From assembly GCA_051942205.1 (NCBI GenBank), contig JAVECO010000123.1:51255-71254 (forward strand): DNA of 20,000 nucleotides, written 5' to 3'. The position numbers were made by a program, and so were the translations under genes. The number at the start of each line of letters is the position of its first letter. The first letter of the stretch is position 1. Positions 1 to 10,774 of the stretch are shown here, one piece after another. Under the pieces are notes generated by a model. The model ran no database searches, was not told where the DNA came from, and saw only the letters and a program-made list of their open reading frames with translations. The DNA comes from Coniocarpon cinnabarinum. Its lineage: Eukaryota.

Positions 1-593
1 ACTCGGGTTTGAAGCGAATGAACAAGACAGCGAGCCAGGACCACGTTGTCAAGCAAAGGGGTCTCATTGGACGGGCCACATGCACAGCAATCCCTGCTGA
101 GAAAAGAGAGCGAAAAGGCGCCAGGATGGACCACCTCCGCGAGACACACGGAAACAGACTCCGGTGTAGCAAGTGAGTGAAGGGACAGAGCTGGTCTGGC
201 GAGGGAAGCAGGGCCAGCATGTAGAGATAAGTGTGGACAAATGGAACGAGGTGATCGTCACGGCTGGACGCGACAAGCCAAGATCGGAGGGACTTAGAGC
301 GCCGGAAGGTGTGTGTTTGGCTGGCAGGGGCGGTGTATAGTCATGCAAGGGTGTCTTGATGTAAAGAGTGGGCAGATACCTGAGGTATTGATGTTACAGA
401 GTGCAAGGGACGTGAGGCTGAGATTAGTATGTGCTTTGTCATGGATACACTGTTGAATGTGCTGCATTGCTGCGTGATGCAACTGCTTGGCTTGCTGCGC
501 GCGATCAACAACACCGCGTCTCTCAAGACATGCGCACAAAGATAAGATATCGCTGTCAGAGGTTAAGGTACCTTTGTGCTTTCTGAGATTGCT

Positions 594-767
594 CACGTGC
601 CCAATGAGAAGCGCGCACGGCAGGGTGCCGAAAGGCTTGTCATTCACGTGATAAGCAGATGCAGTGAATGGCAATGTGACACCGCGGGAACCATATCGGA
701 CAGTTTTTGACCTCTCAGGTGCTCAAGTACTCTCGTACCTTGCCTACCTTTCCCTCTCCCCACGTGC
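594..767. promoter_or_regulatory. Cluster of three CACGTG E-boxes (bHLH sites; Pho4/NUC-1/PalcA- or Cbf1-type) upstream of KCS1
   Basis: CACGTG at 594-599, 645-650 and 761-766. The last reads GCACGTGGG on the minus strand (759-767). CACGTT also occurs at 1020-1025. Function is inferred only. Confidence 0.45.
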
Positions 768-1039
768 ACTCCCTCGACGCACTCTCTGGCCTTAGACCAC
801 TTCCTCGACCTCCCTCCTCCACCGTCGCTCATTGCGCACACACATCCGCCTGACACCACCAGTCGCGACGCGCCCGCCCTGCCACTAACACCTAGACTCC
901 TAGGCTGTCCCCCGCCGATCGTGCACTGCGGCATGCGCGCTCGTCCATCCGGTCCCTCTGATTAGAACAAAAGTCCGACCTCTAATCTTCTCTGCCCAAC
1001 CCTCACCGCCTTCGCCGTCCACGTTGCTTAAATGTCTTC

Positions 1040-4000
1040 ATGTCCAATTCTCGACATGTCTCTCCTCCCTCAACTGTCCCGTCCAGCCTCCGCGATGCCT
1101 CTCACCACTCGTCTGCAGATGGCCCCGCTCTCCCCTCCCGAACCACCCTAACACCACCTGCTGCGATCGCAAGCCCGCGATCGAGGCCATACACCGCTAT
1201 CTTCGAACCACAGCTGTCTGAGCGGGACAGCATCTTTGCCACGCACTATTCAGACCATGTCGAAGATTGCCACCCTGAACAATCCCTCACGGTTCCCCCA
1301 CACGAGCAACAAAGGTGAAGTTGCCCCAGCTCCTTGCTTGACTATCAGATGTCGTTTGGAGTGCCGCTTAGACATGCTGGCTCGCCCAGTCATGACGAAA
1401 TGAGTGAATATGGCATCGAAGAGTTTGTTTCCCTCTGGCGTTGAGTGCTGACATTCCGCAATGTAGGGCTGCTCGCACGCAACCTCCTAAAATGGCTGCT
1501 TCCCTGACAATTCGTCAAACACAAACACATCCACACAATCACCCGCTTCGTGAACACTTAGCTCCACCACATGATATTTTTATTTACAATGAAACCACTG
1601 GAAACAATCGTCTCACCAGTCCATCAGCTACCGGCGACGTGCCCAGTAGTCACGGCAGGCGGGTCAGTGCCAAACTCGCATCTGAGCATCTGATTGCACT
1701 CCCGCCTCTCTCGAGCTCCGACTCGGCAAGTCAGTCTCATCGACGTTCTTCGTCACCGAACAGGCATGAAAAGGACTTGTTTGGGCCGACAAGAGTTACC
1801 GAAGACGACCGACAGGCGTATCGCTCGTGGAGGGAGGGGAAAGCAGTCTACGGAGGAAGAGTCATGGGGGAAGAGAACAGTGATGGCGAGATCGAAAAGA
1901 GAATCGAAGCCACCTTGCCACGAAATGAACCCATCATCAATCCTAGAAGCCGTAAGGCAAGCCAGTTGATGCGCATTTTCGACCACGACACGGATCCCCG
2001 TGCCGCTTCATTAATGTATTCGAAAGACTCGCTTCATGCACCCGATCGAGGAAGTCGACACGGTGTGTATACTTGTTTTGGTCACCGACAAAAAGATTTC
2101 AAAGTGCTAACGATCAACATAGTAAAAGACAACTCCGCCAGGCCAGCGCACGCATCTGAGCGAACACCATCTGATAAACGTATTCTGGAGAAAAATACTG
2201 AATCCTCAAGCTCGCCAGAAGAGATTGGCAAGACGGCGGACGAGTGGCCTCAAGTGGAGCCTCTCATTGAGAAAGACCCAGTCTGCGCTCCAAGATCGCC
2301 GCGGAGAGGGTCAGCAGAAACGCTTGGAATTGACAAAGGAAGAGTCATCTCTTCTGCCGTCTACTACCCTCACAGGAGCTTGGAGCGTCAACACACTCGG
2401 CCAAATGACCGCAATACAAGTCAGGTAGGTTCCAAGGACAGGAGTGCAGTGCCAAAAGTCGAGCAAGCGGCTTCAAACGCTACGCGAAAAGATGCTCAGT
2501 TGGAAAAAGACATCGAATTTGCGATCCAATCAGAGGATGAAAACCAGTACCTACATGGAACATTGCCCCCAAGAAAACGATCGTCTCAGGTCGATACGGC
2601 TAGGAGACCGACTTTCTCGGAATCAGAGACAGAGCCAAGCGAAACAGAAGACGAGCTCGGCGATCCTACGACACCACGTGCTCGACCTGCAGATACTGCC
2701 GACATTGATCAGATCCAAGCTATCACCTTGGAGCCTTACAGCCATCAAGTCGGCGGTCATACGTCCATCTATCGCTTTAATCGGAAAGCAATCTGCAAGG
2801 AGCTCAACAATAAAGAGAACAGGTTTTATGAGACTATCGAGCTGTACCATCCAGAGTTGCTTCAATTCATGCCTAAGTACATTGGAGTGTTGAATGCGAC
2901 CTTTGAGGATAAAGGTAAGCGTGCCTCAAAGACCAGGACAGCAGACAATTTCGGTCAGCCATCGACTGAAGAGCCGACCCTCCAGCGCAAAGAAGACCAG
3001 CCACGGATTTTCAGCCGAAAGCAACGAATGGATGTACCTTCTCCTGAGATCTATCTGAACATGAATCGTCATATCTTCCCAAGCGACTTTTATGACGCGA
3101 GGAGTAGCTCTCAGATTATTGCATCGCATCTCCCAAGCAGCAGCTCTGGCGATGACCGAAGTCAAAAACCGAAGGACAGCTGGGGGGCTACAATCATCAA
3201 CGCTGATCTACAAAGAGAAGTGTTTCGAGACGCATTTCGCCCTCCTCGAATTTTGAGGAGCAAGAAGCGCGGCGGGAAATATGACGGCGGCCGATTAGCC
3301 TTCAGTGGTCGGCGAAAGCAGAGTATATCCGACCTTCCGTCTACGCAATCGTTACAAACAGTGAGCAAAAAGAAGAAGCCAGATGACCTCAAAGCGCAGC
3401 TCATGCAAGACAGTCCCTGTCACCTAACACCCAAAAGTAAGACAACGGTCGACGGACCAGGACTTGCCTCACTCTCCAGAAGCGTATCGGCGATTCAGCG
3501 TCTCGCCACAAAAGACACTCTTGCCAGCCCCAGTGAAGATGCTGCGTCGGATATCGAGACGATGTCTAGAAGACCAACCATGAAATCCGTACGGCGTCGT
3601 CACTCCGGCTCTGGCTTGCACAGGAAGCCAGACGATCCTGAGACTGGACGAATGGGAGATCTCGAGTTTTACGAAGACCGTGCTCCAAACCAGGACGATG
3701 AAACATCTTTTACGCTCGACAAACAGTCGCGCGCATCAGAGTTACCCAATTCAGCTAACTCTCCTGAGCATGATCCAGAGAGCTCTCGAACAGCCGCGTC
3801 ATCGAGCTCCGTCGACGTCTCACCGTCATCATCTCCGAAGATTGCACAGCAGTTTCAGTCCCTTAATACCCTTCCTCTGGAAGACCCGAATGATACAGCC
3901 TTATCTGATACGTCGCGCATCCCCTTGAATCCCAAGGAAGCTCGCGTCAGTGGCGACCGATCCATCACAGAGTTCATTTTGATTGAGGATCTACTCATTG

Positions 4001-4767
4001 GCCTCGAGCGTCCGTGCTCACTGGATCTGAAAATGGGAACTAGGCAATTCGGCATTGAAGCAGACACCAAAAAGCGAAAGTCTCAGCGCAAAAAATGTGA
4101 CAGGACCACTTCGCGTGATTTAGGAACTCGTGTGTGTGGCATGCAGACCTGGGATGTCAACACTGGTCAAAAGAGCTTTGTCGACAAGTATGCGGGTCGT
4201 GATCTGAAGCCTGGTCGAGATTTCCAAGGCGCATTGAAGACGTTCTTCTTCAACGGGAGCGACTACGCGGCCGCACGGCGCCATATCCCTGTCATCCTTG
4301 AAAAACTCGACACCATTGCGAAGATTGTGCGGAATCTCCCTGGGTATCGTTTCTACGGAAGCAGCTTGTACATCATCTATGATGCCGCACCTCGCAAGCA
4401 CCGGCGCATGAGCTCGAACAGATCCGATCGCAGTGTCCAGGGCCAGGAGCTAGACTCTAGTGACGATGATGACATGAGAGTCCGCATCATTGACTTTGCC
4501 AACTGCGTGACGGCAGAAACAACGGATTTGTCAAAGGCTTCAGCGCCACCCGCGCATCCCGATGGTATTGACCGAGGATATTTGCTTGGCATACGAACAC
4601 TCAAACGGTATTTCCGCCAGATCTACCACGACTTGGAGAGTCCCCATCAGTGGGAAGAACGTGGAGAAGTGCTAGGAAAGGGGATTGTGGAAGACAAGCT
4701 TCGCATCGCTGGTGCGGACGGCAGCTTGGTCGAGGATGAAACGACAGATGGTGATATCAGCACGTAA
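1040..4767 (+). CDS. KCS1: Inositol hexakisphosphate kinase (IPK family). Model join(1040..1314,1467..2062,2123..4767), ~1171 aa
   Basis: IPK motifs HQVGGH, PCSLDLKMG (PxxxDxKxG, ~4012-4038), SSL and IIDFA within a long disordered protein, as in fungal Kcs1. Intron 1315-1466 (GTGAAG...GCTGAC...TAG) joins ORF 1040 to ORF 1441 in the correct phase (2). An in-frame ATG at 1492 (AAAATGG) is an alternative start. Confidence 0.9.
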
Positions 4768-5181
4768 AGAAATGGGGGACGCTGTATCTCACGGGTTTTT
4801 CATTGCTGCGTTTAAGCGATTATCCATCCGACTTGTAGGCTATTCAGGGCTGGCTTTGCAACATGGAGCAAGGCGTTGGCGAGTGTGCAAAGAGTCGCGC
4901 AGATCAAACAGATGCGGCCTGTCAGAATAGCCTCTAAATTAGAAATTCAGAACAGTCATTCGCCTTTGATCGTGGCACTATGAAACGGGCTATGAAGAGG
5001 CCCATCAGACGTGAACCTAATGCGTACAGTCTGTAGGTGAAGATCTTTGGGAGAAACCAATGCCAAGACCAGCCGGAGATCCTTCCGCCGTCTTGAATTT
5101 ACTTCTACAGACGTTCAAGAGCTCCAACGTCATTGACACAACCCGTCCCAGCTTGTAAATCATTCGATAGACGACTTCGGA

Positions 5182-6246
5182 ATGCCTTCCTCACGGTCCA
5201 GCTCCGCAGACTCCTTCAAATCGACCCATTCCCACGCTACGTCTCCCTCTTCGCCCTCCAAACGAACCACTAACACCGCCGCCTCCGCTCTTCCCAATCC
5301 CCACCTGCCTTTCAATAACGAATTCCACGACCACCATCACAATCACAATCACGAACATGACCAGGAACATGTTCAGGATAGTCATACACCGACAGCCGAT
5401 CCCACAACCCTCACACCCGCCGAAGAAGCAACCCTGAAATCCCAATTCCTCTCCCATAAAACCGAAGCAAATGCCCAATTTGGGATAGGTGATTACACCT
5501 CCGCGCTGCAAACTTATGATAAAGCACTTGCATCTCTCCCCACTCATCTGGACTATGAAGTCGCCGTGCTAAAGAGCAACATTGCGGCTTGTCGGTTGAG
5601 ACTGAGGGAATGGAAAGAAGCGGAGACGTCGGCGTCGGACGGAATCAGACGGTTAGAGAAGATGGATCCGCTTTTGCAGAAGCGAAGGGAGGAGAGGGAA
5701 CGAAAAGCGCGAGAGCGAAAGGAGGAGAAAGGTAATGCAAAGGCTGACGCAATGAACGGCCAGAGCAAGAGGACTGGACGCGAGGAGGGAGTGAGCGAAC
5801 GAAGCGGCCACGTCGAAGAAATCGACGACGAGACTGCTGATCTACTGGAACACTACAAAACCCGTACCGGCCACACCCGCACCGACGTTTCAAAAATATA
5901 CACCAAACTCCTTTTAAGACGGGGCGCCTCTCGGTCTGAACAAGGCGGATGGCAGAATCTCGAAGGCGCCTTTGAAGACTATACCACGCTCCACGAATTG
6001 AATGCCGAACCAGGCTCCCGACTCTCCCACACAGATAAGGGAACAGTGCAGACCGCGTTGGCGACGTTGCCGGGACGAATCAATGGGGCGCGGGAAAAGG
6101 AAATGGGCGAGATGATGGGCAAGCTCAAGGATTTGGGAAATGGGATTTTGAAGCCGTTTGGGCTGAGTACGGAGAACTTCAAATTCGAACAGCAGGCTGG
6201 GGGTGGCTATGGGATGAGTTTTGAGCGGAATCCGGGGGCAAAGTGA
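5182..6246 (+). CDS. Tetratricopeptide repeat protein, TTC1-like (putative Hsp70/Hsp90-binding), 354 aa, intronless
   Basis: TPR helices KTEANAQFGIGDYTSALQTYDKAL / VLKSNIAACRLRLREWKEA / KLLLRRG, plus the TTC1-family C-terminal motif EMMGKLKDLGNGILKPFGLSTENF...GGYGMSF. Confidence 0.85.
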   Translation: MPSSRSSSADSFKSTHSHATSPSSPSKRTTNTAASALPNPHLPFNNEFHDHHHNHNHEHDQEHVQDSHTPTADPTTLTPAEEATLKSQFLSHKTEANAQFGIGDYTSALQTYDKALASLPTHLDYEVAVLKSNIAACRLRLREWKEAETSASDGIRRLEKMDPLLQKRREERERKARERKEEKGNAKADAMNGQSKRTGREEGVSERSGHVEEIDDETADLLEHYKTRTGHTRTDVSKIYTKLLLRRGASRSEQGGWQNLEGAFEDYTTLHELNAEPGSRLSHTDKGTVQTALATLPGRINGAREKEMGEMMGKLKDLGNGILKPFGLSTENFKFEQQAGGGYGMSFERNPGAK

Positions 6247-6665
6247 GGCAGGTTGGGGATGGGCAGTATGTGGATTTGGGTGTGGGTGTGGAGATCTGAT
6301 GATTGTACGATACGAAGAGTCACTGAAGGTGTGTGGACATCAGCACTGGTTCGATCTGTAACATGTACACGACTGAGAATGATGCTTCGGAGCTAGACCG
6401 CTAGATTTGGTACCAGAGTTTACGTTCAAAGCGTGTCTAGTGTACGTAGGTGGTCATCAACGTTGCTCCACACGGCTGCTGTTTTCTCTGTCGCTCTGTG
6501 TGCGAGATGAAACAGGGTTGAGACAGATGTTTGCGTTCGCCTGCGTCTGTGCCATGTGAGAAAAAAGAACCCCAGGCTAATTTGCTGGGATCGGGCAAGA
6601 CGTTAACATCGACCACAGACCTCCCAGCCGGCCTAACCTCCCTGACGAAAAGGCAAGTCGGTGTT

Positions 6666-7498
6666 CTACTCAACCTCCTCGATCTTCTTGCCACCCTCGT
6701 CCTTACCCGGCGCCGTGTTCTCGCTCTTGCCGTCGGCAGCCTTGTCGTCTTCCAGCTCGGGCATCTCTTCGTCGTCGTCTTCGTCACCGTCGTCCTCACC
6801 CAGATCATCCATTCCCGGCATGCCGCCACCAGCACCGCCACCCAGCTTGGAGAAGTCGAGACCCCCGAAGCCGCCATCAGCGCCCATGCCCATGCCTGGC
6901 ATACCTGCGCCGCCGAATTGGCCCATGTCGTCATCAGGTGCGCCGTCTTGTTCGTCTTCGTCGACCCACTGGAAGTTCAACAGTCAGCCAGTAATTCAAA
7001 AATTCAAATGGTCACTCGCTTTCAAAGCTGCAAGCAGATTCTCCACGCACCTTGTCAAAATCAGTCTTGAGCCAATGTCGCTTCGACGGATCTTTAAGCA
7101 AACGCGGCCAGTACTCCTCCTTGAGCTCCTTCTTCTGCAGCTTCATCTCCACGTCGCGCGCAGAGTGGTTGACCTTGCTCGCCGAGGGGTCGATCTCCGC
7201 GTACAGCTCCATCTCGACGTGGTACGTCGCCTTTTTCGTGTCGCTGTGGCCCGTAAACGTCAGGCTCGTGGGCTGCAGGTCGAGCTTCATGTCCTTAGTG
7301 GGCACGTCCGGGACGGATATCGTGAGGTAGACGAAGTTTTTCTCTGCGTCATCCTTGCTAGAGCGTTGGGCCCATGTGACTACATGATTTCTGTTAGCTA
7401 TTTATTTGAAAAGGCAAATTGCTGGTGCAAGCTTCAGTTGTACCTTCTGGCGTTATTTGCTTGGCGTCAGCCGCCTGGGCTGGATAGTCTGCTGGCAT
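6666..7498 (-). CDS. SBA1: Hsp90 co-chaperone p23 (Sba1/Wos2). Model complement(join(6666..6968,7051..7379,7444..7498)), 228 aa
   Basis: Spliced product MPADYPAQAADAKQITPEVTWAQRSS...VYLTI...YWPRLLK...WLKTDFDKWVDEDE, which carries the p23 CS-domain signatures, then a Gly/Met-rich acidic tail. Introns 7380-7443 (GTACAA...GCTAAC...TAG) and 6969-7050 (GTGCGT...GCTGAC...CAG) keep the frame. Confidence 0.95.
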
Positions 7499-8047
7499 CT
7501 TGAAGGATCGGATACAAAAAGCAGTAGAGAGTTAAGCGAAGAAGACGTCTGAGGAGAGATCTGGGTTCAATGGTTAGCGCCTAATTTGCCAGGATGAGTC
7601 GCCAGATGATGAGGCTGACGGTACCGAAGTACGCAGAAATCAATGGAAGAAAGCCCCGCTAACCAGCGGCACTGCATGTCAGGGATTTCAGCACGTACCG
7701 AGCCGATTGAAGGCACAGAAGAAGCTTTGCTACGGGCTGTCAGCGTTTGAGCTTATTCAAGAATACACAAGACGCGGGTGTGAATGTGTGGGTATGCTGT
7801 CAGCGAGCAATTACGTCCATCAGCGAGTTAAGATTGGTGGAAAAAAACGTCACTGCCTCAAGCTACCGAAAGTGCGGCTAATTCCGCTCTTGGCGTAGTA
7901 CCTGACGTTGAGTTGCCTTCTGATCTGGACAAGGTAGCCCAATCTTCAAGGAAGTGAAGCATGCGCGTTTGGCGTTCGCGATCCCCATATACCTGCAGCA
8001 AATGTCACGAAGCTTGGTAGAAGAATGCGATACGCTCGTCACCGAAT

Positions 8048-8819
8048 ATGGACACAATTAGATCTATGATATTCAAGCCGACTCCCGAAGAACAGGTCAG
8101 TCCGACCCAGCAAGCTAGGCGCGTCATGAAATGTCGCTAAACCGTCATAGAAACGCAAATGTAGCTCTCTGATTCGCAGCAACACTCGCAAACTTGACCG
8201 CGACATCCAACAACTCCGCCTCACCGACAACAAAACCAAAAACCTCATCCTCCAAGCCAACAAGCGCGGCCAACGGGACCCCGCCCGCCAAAAGCAAGCC
8301 GCACAGGAAACCCGCATCTTCGCCAAAGAGCTCGTACGGATACGGAAGCAGAATGCGCGATTACAAACGAGCAAAGCGCAGCTCGAGAGCGTGGGCATGC
8401 AAGTCAACGAGGCGTTCTCCGTGCGCAAGATTGAAGGCAGCCTCAAAGCATCCACGGGCATCATGAAAGACGTGAACACGCTGGTGAAGCTGCCCGAGAT
8501 TGCGGGCACAATGCGCGAGTTGAGTCAAGAGCTCATGAAGGCGGGCATCATCGAGGAGATGGTGGACGAGACGTTGACGAACGGCGAAATGGAAGACGGT
8601 GAAGAAGAGGGCGAGGAGGAGGTCGAGAAGGTGCTGAAGCAGATCTTGGAGCCCAAAGAGCCGGAGCGCAAGGTCTCGACGCCGGCGGTGGAGACACCGC
8701 AACAGCCAGAGGAGGTGCCTGAGGTGCCTGTGGGTGCGGAGAGGGTCTCCGAGGACGAGGAGGATCAGGAGGCGATTTTGATGCAGATGAGAGGACGATT
8801 GGAGGCTTTGAAGAGTTGA
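8048..8819 (+). CDS. VPS24: ESCRT-III subunit Vps24/CHMP3 (Snf7 family). Model join(8048..8095,8151..8819), 238 aa
   Basis: MDTIRSMIFKPTPEEQ|KRKCSSLIRSNTRKLDRDI...AKELVRIRKQ..RL.TSKAQLESVGMQVNE...MKAGIIEEMV...MRGRLEALKS (C-terminal MIM1-like helix). Intron 8096-8150 reads GTCAGT...TAG. Confidence 0.93.
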
Positions 8820-9135
8820 GGTATGATCCCAATTGCATTACAGTCATCTATGAAGCAACGAGCATGAACTAGAGCCTTGAGGTTTGAAACCTAGTGGCGC
8901 ACCTATCTTACCATGTTAAGCTTGTATTGCGGCCACTGTCGTGGTCCAGAGTGCCTGCATTTGCAGAGCTGCTGCTGCTGAATGGCAAGCGTTGTTCAAG
9001 CTTCATTGTGCACCAGCCACTTTATAATAGCAAGGGTTCTCAACTGTGTATCCGGGCCTTTTGAAATTTGACTATATATTATATTCAAACAATGACTTTA
9101 AGTGTAGTCATGTGATTTTGAAGACACTCAAAACC

Positions 9136-9207
9136 GGTCCGGTAGCTCAGGGGTAGAGCATGCGATTGCAGTTCGCAGGGTCACGCGTTCAAATCGCGTT
9201 CGGACCT
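9136..9207 (+). tRNA. tRNA-Cys (anticodon GCA), 72 nt, no intron
   Basis: Cloverleaf with acceptor GGTCCGG/TCGGACC, D stem GCTC/GAGC, anticodon stem TGCGA/TCGCA with loop TTGCAGT, and T arm ACGCG-TTCAAAT-CGCGT. The discriminator is U73, the Cys identity element. Confidence 0.97.
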
Positions 9208-9210
9208 CGC

Positions 9211-9233
9211 TTTTCTTTTCTTTTGTGCTTTTT
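9211..9233 (+). terminator. RNA polymerase III oligo-T terminator of tRNA-Cys
   Basis: TTTTCTTTTCTTTTGTGCTTTTT starts 4 nt after the tRNA discriminator base. Confidence 0.75.
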
Positions 9234-10774
9234 GCGCTCTGGTGTTTGCAATCTAAAGCAGTGTTCTCATGTACACGTAATTTGGTTTTACTAGTAGGCC
9301 TCTTGGAGTGCTTGTCGCTCGTTCAATCTTTCCTCGTCATTCTTATAGTTTTAAGGCCTCATTTTGGTCCCGCGACTGTTATGCCTTTGTGACACATACA
9401 CTCTACTACATACTTTTTGAATACTTCGCACTTGAAGTCTCTTGCTTTGGCTGGAAGCCACTGGATAGGTCAAACTGTTGTGAGCTATGGGAATCCGAGC
9501 AAGAGTGTTAACCTCGACAAATAGTCCAAGGAATTCCACGAGGGTAATATCTAATGGGAGTGTGCGCTTGAGATATGCTGAAGACAGTGACTGGAGAGAG
9601 TCGGTGTGCTCAGCAAGAAATATTACTCAGATTTTATGTTCATATCTTCTTTCTGAGTTTTAAACTAAATCCTGGTACAAGCGAGGTCCACTTGAGAGCC
9701 TCCCCAGGCTCGACGGATCCTAAGAAGCTTTCCCAGTGACATGCACATTCTGTGAAACTTCCAGCTTGCCTAATGCTCCACATGCTTAGCCTCAGGTGCA
9801 ACTTTCTGGCATTATATCATCAAAAGAGATCGAGATACTTCGCCAAATAGGGCAACTTTTGGCTTCCAGAACTTGACCTAAAAAAGATGTGAGACGAGTA
9901 GCTGGACGTGACGTTCGTTGGACCTTAGAGCTAAGAATCGAGGGCATATTTGGCCATGAGAGTTGCTCTGCAGTATGATGTCAATAAGGAGCACCATAAT
10001 TATCGTTCAGACCAAGTTATCAGCCTGGACTCCATGCACTTCCAAAAATTGGCTCGTCAGGATCATTTTAGCACTATCCCTTTCGCTCGCTCAGGCATGT
10101 AAAAATACTCGAAAGCTACAAGTTCAACTGAGTACTCCAAATCGCGACGTGGTCTCGCGGACGATAAAGTCCCAAGTAGGGTCTTGCTTCCCATCGTAAG
10201 TATCTTCGAAGCCGGCTCGTGCTGGGGCACGCAACGTGAGAAGCTTGTAGCCAAAGAGGTCATTTGGAGCAGCAATTGCGTACCCTGCCCCGACGGTCAT
10301 TCAGCCCTACGCTCTGACACTACTTCTTGCTTTCTGCCTGCCGCCATCTTTTTCCTTCCCTTTATCAACCGCGCCGCCTTCGTTGTCCCTTTCGACTTGT
10401 GTCAACAACGCAAGCCGATTCTTGAGCCATCTCGCCATCGCGTCATCGCTCACAGAGTCATTATATTGCGAAACCCAACTTTATCGACAACTTCCCGCTC
10501 TTGAGAGACTCTCAACAACGGTGCTCCACCTCAACGCGCTCAGGGTCTTTCCCCATCGCCATCCATCTTAATCCGCGATACAAATCTGCCAAACGCCGCT
10601 CCTCGCACTTACCAGCACGGTACAGTGCTAGCCAGATTGCACATAGGAGTGTGCATCATTGTTGTCCATCGACTTCCCTCAGCCGAAAAGTCTGCTCTCT
10701 TCGACTTCGCCATACTGCCATCCCGACCATCAAACACACACATTCACCCACCAAGCCATCTCCCGTTAATCATC

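Noticed and set aside
64..934. Minus-strand ORFs of 61-126 aa at the window start
   Set aside because: No recognisable domains. The composition fits promoter or leader sequence, possibly of a divergent gene outside the window.
6234..6291. G/GT-rich tract around the TTC1-like stop (G-quadruplex or telomere-like GGGTGTGGGTGTGG)
   Set aside because: Short, with one long loop. It is not TTAGGG, and GT-rich sequence is common in fungal 3' UTRs.
6531..7503. Plus-strand 280-aa and 179-aa ORFs spanning the p23 gene
   Set aside because: Antisense shadows of biased codons (poly-S and L/V/R runs mirror E/D/K codons). They have non-ATG starts and no protein-like features.
9300..10100. More AT-rich segment downstream of the tRNA as a possible RIP-decayed transposon or LTR
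   Set aside because: No terminal repeats, target-site duplication or transposase/RT remnants were recognisable by eye.
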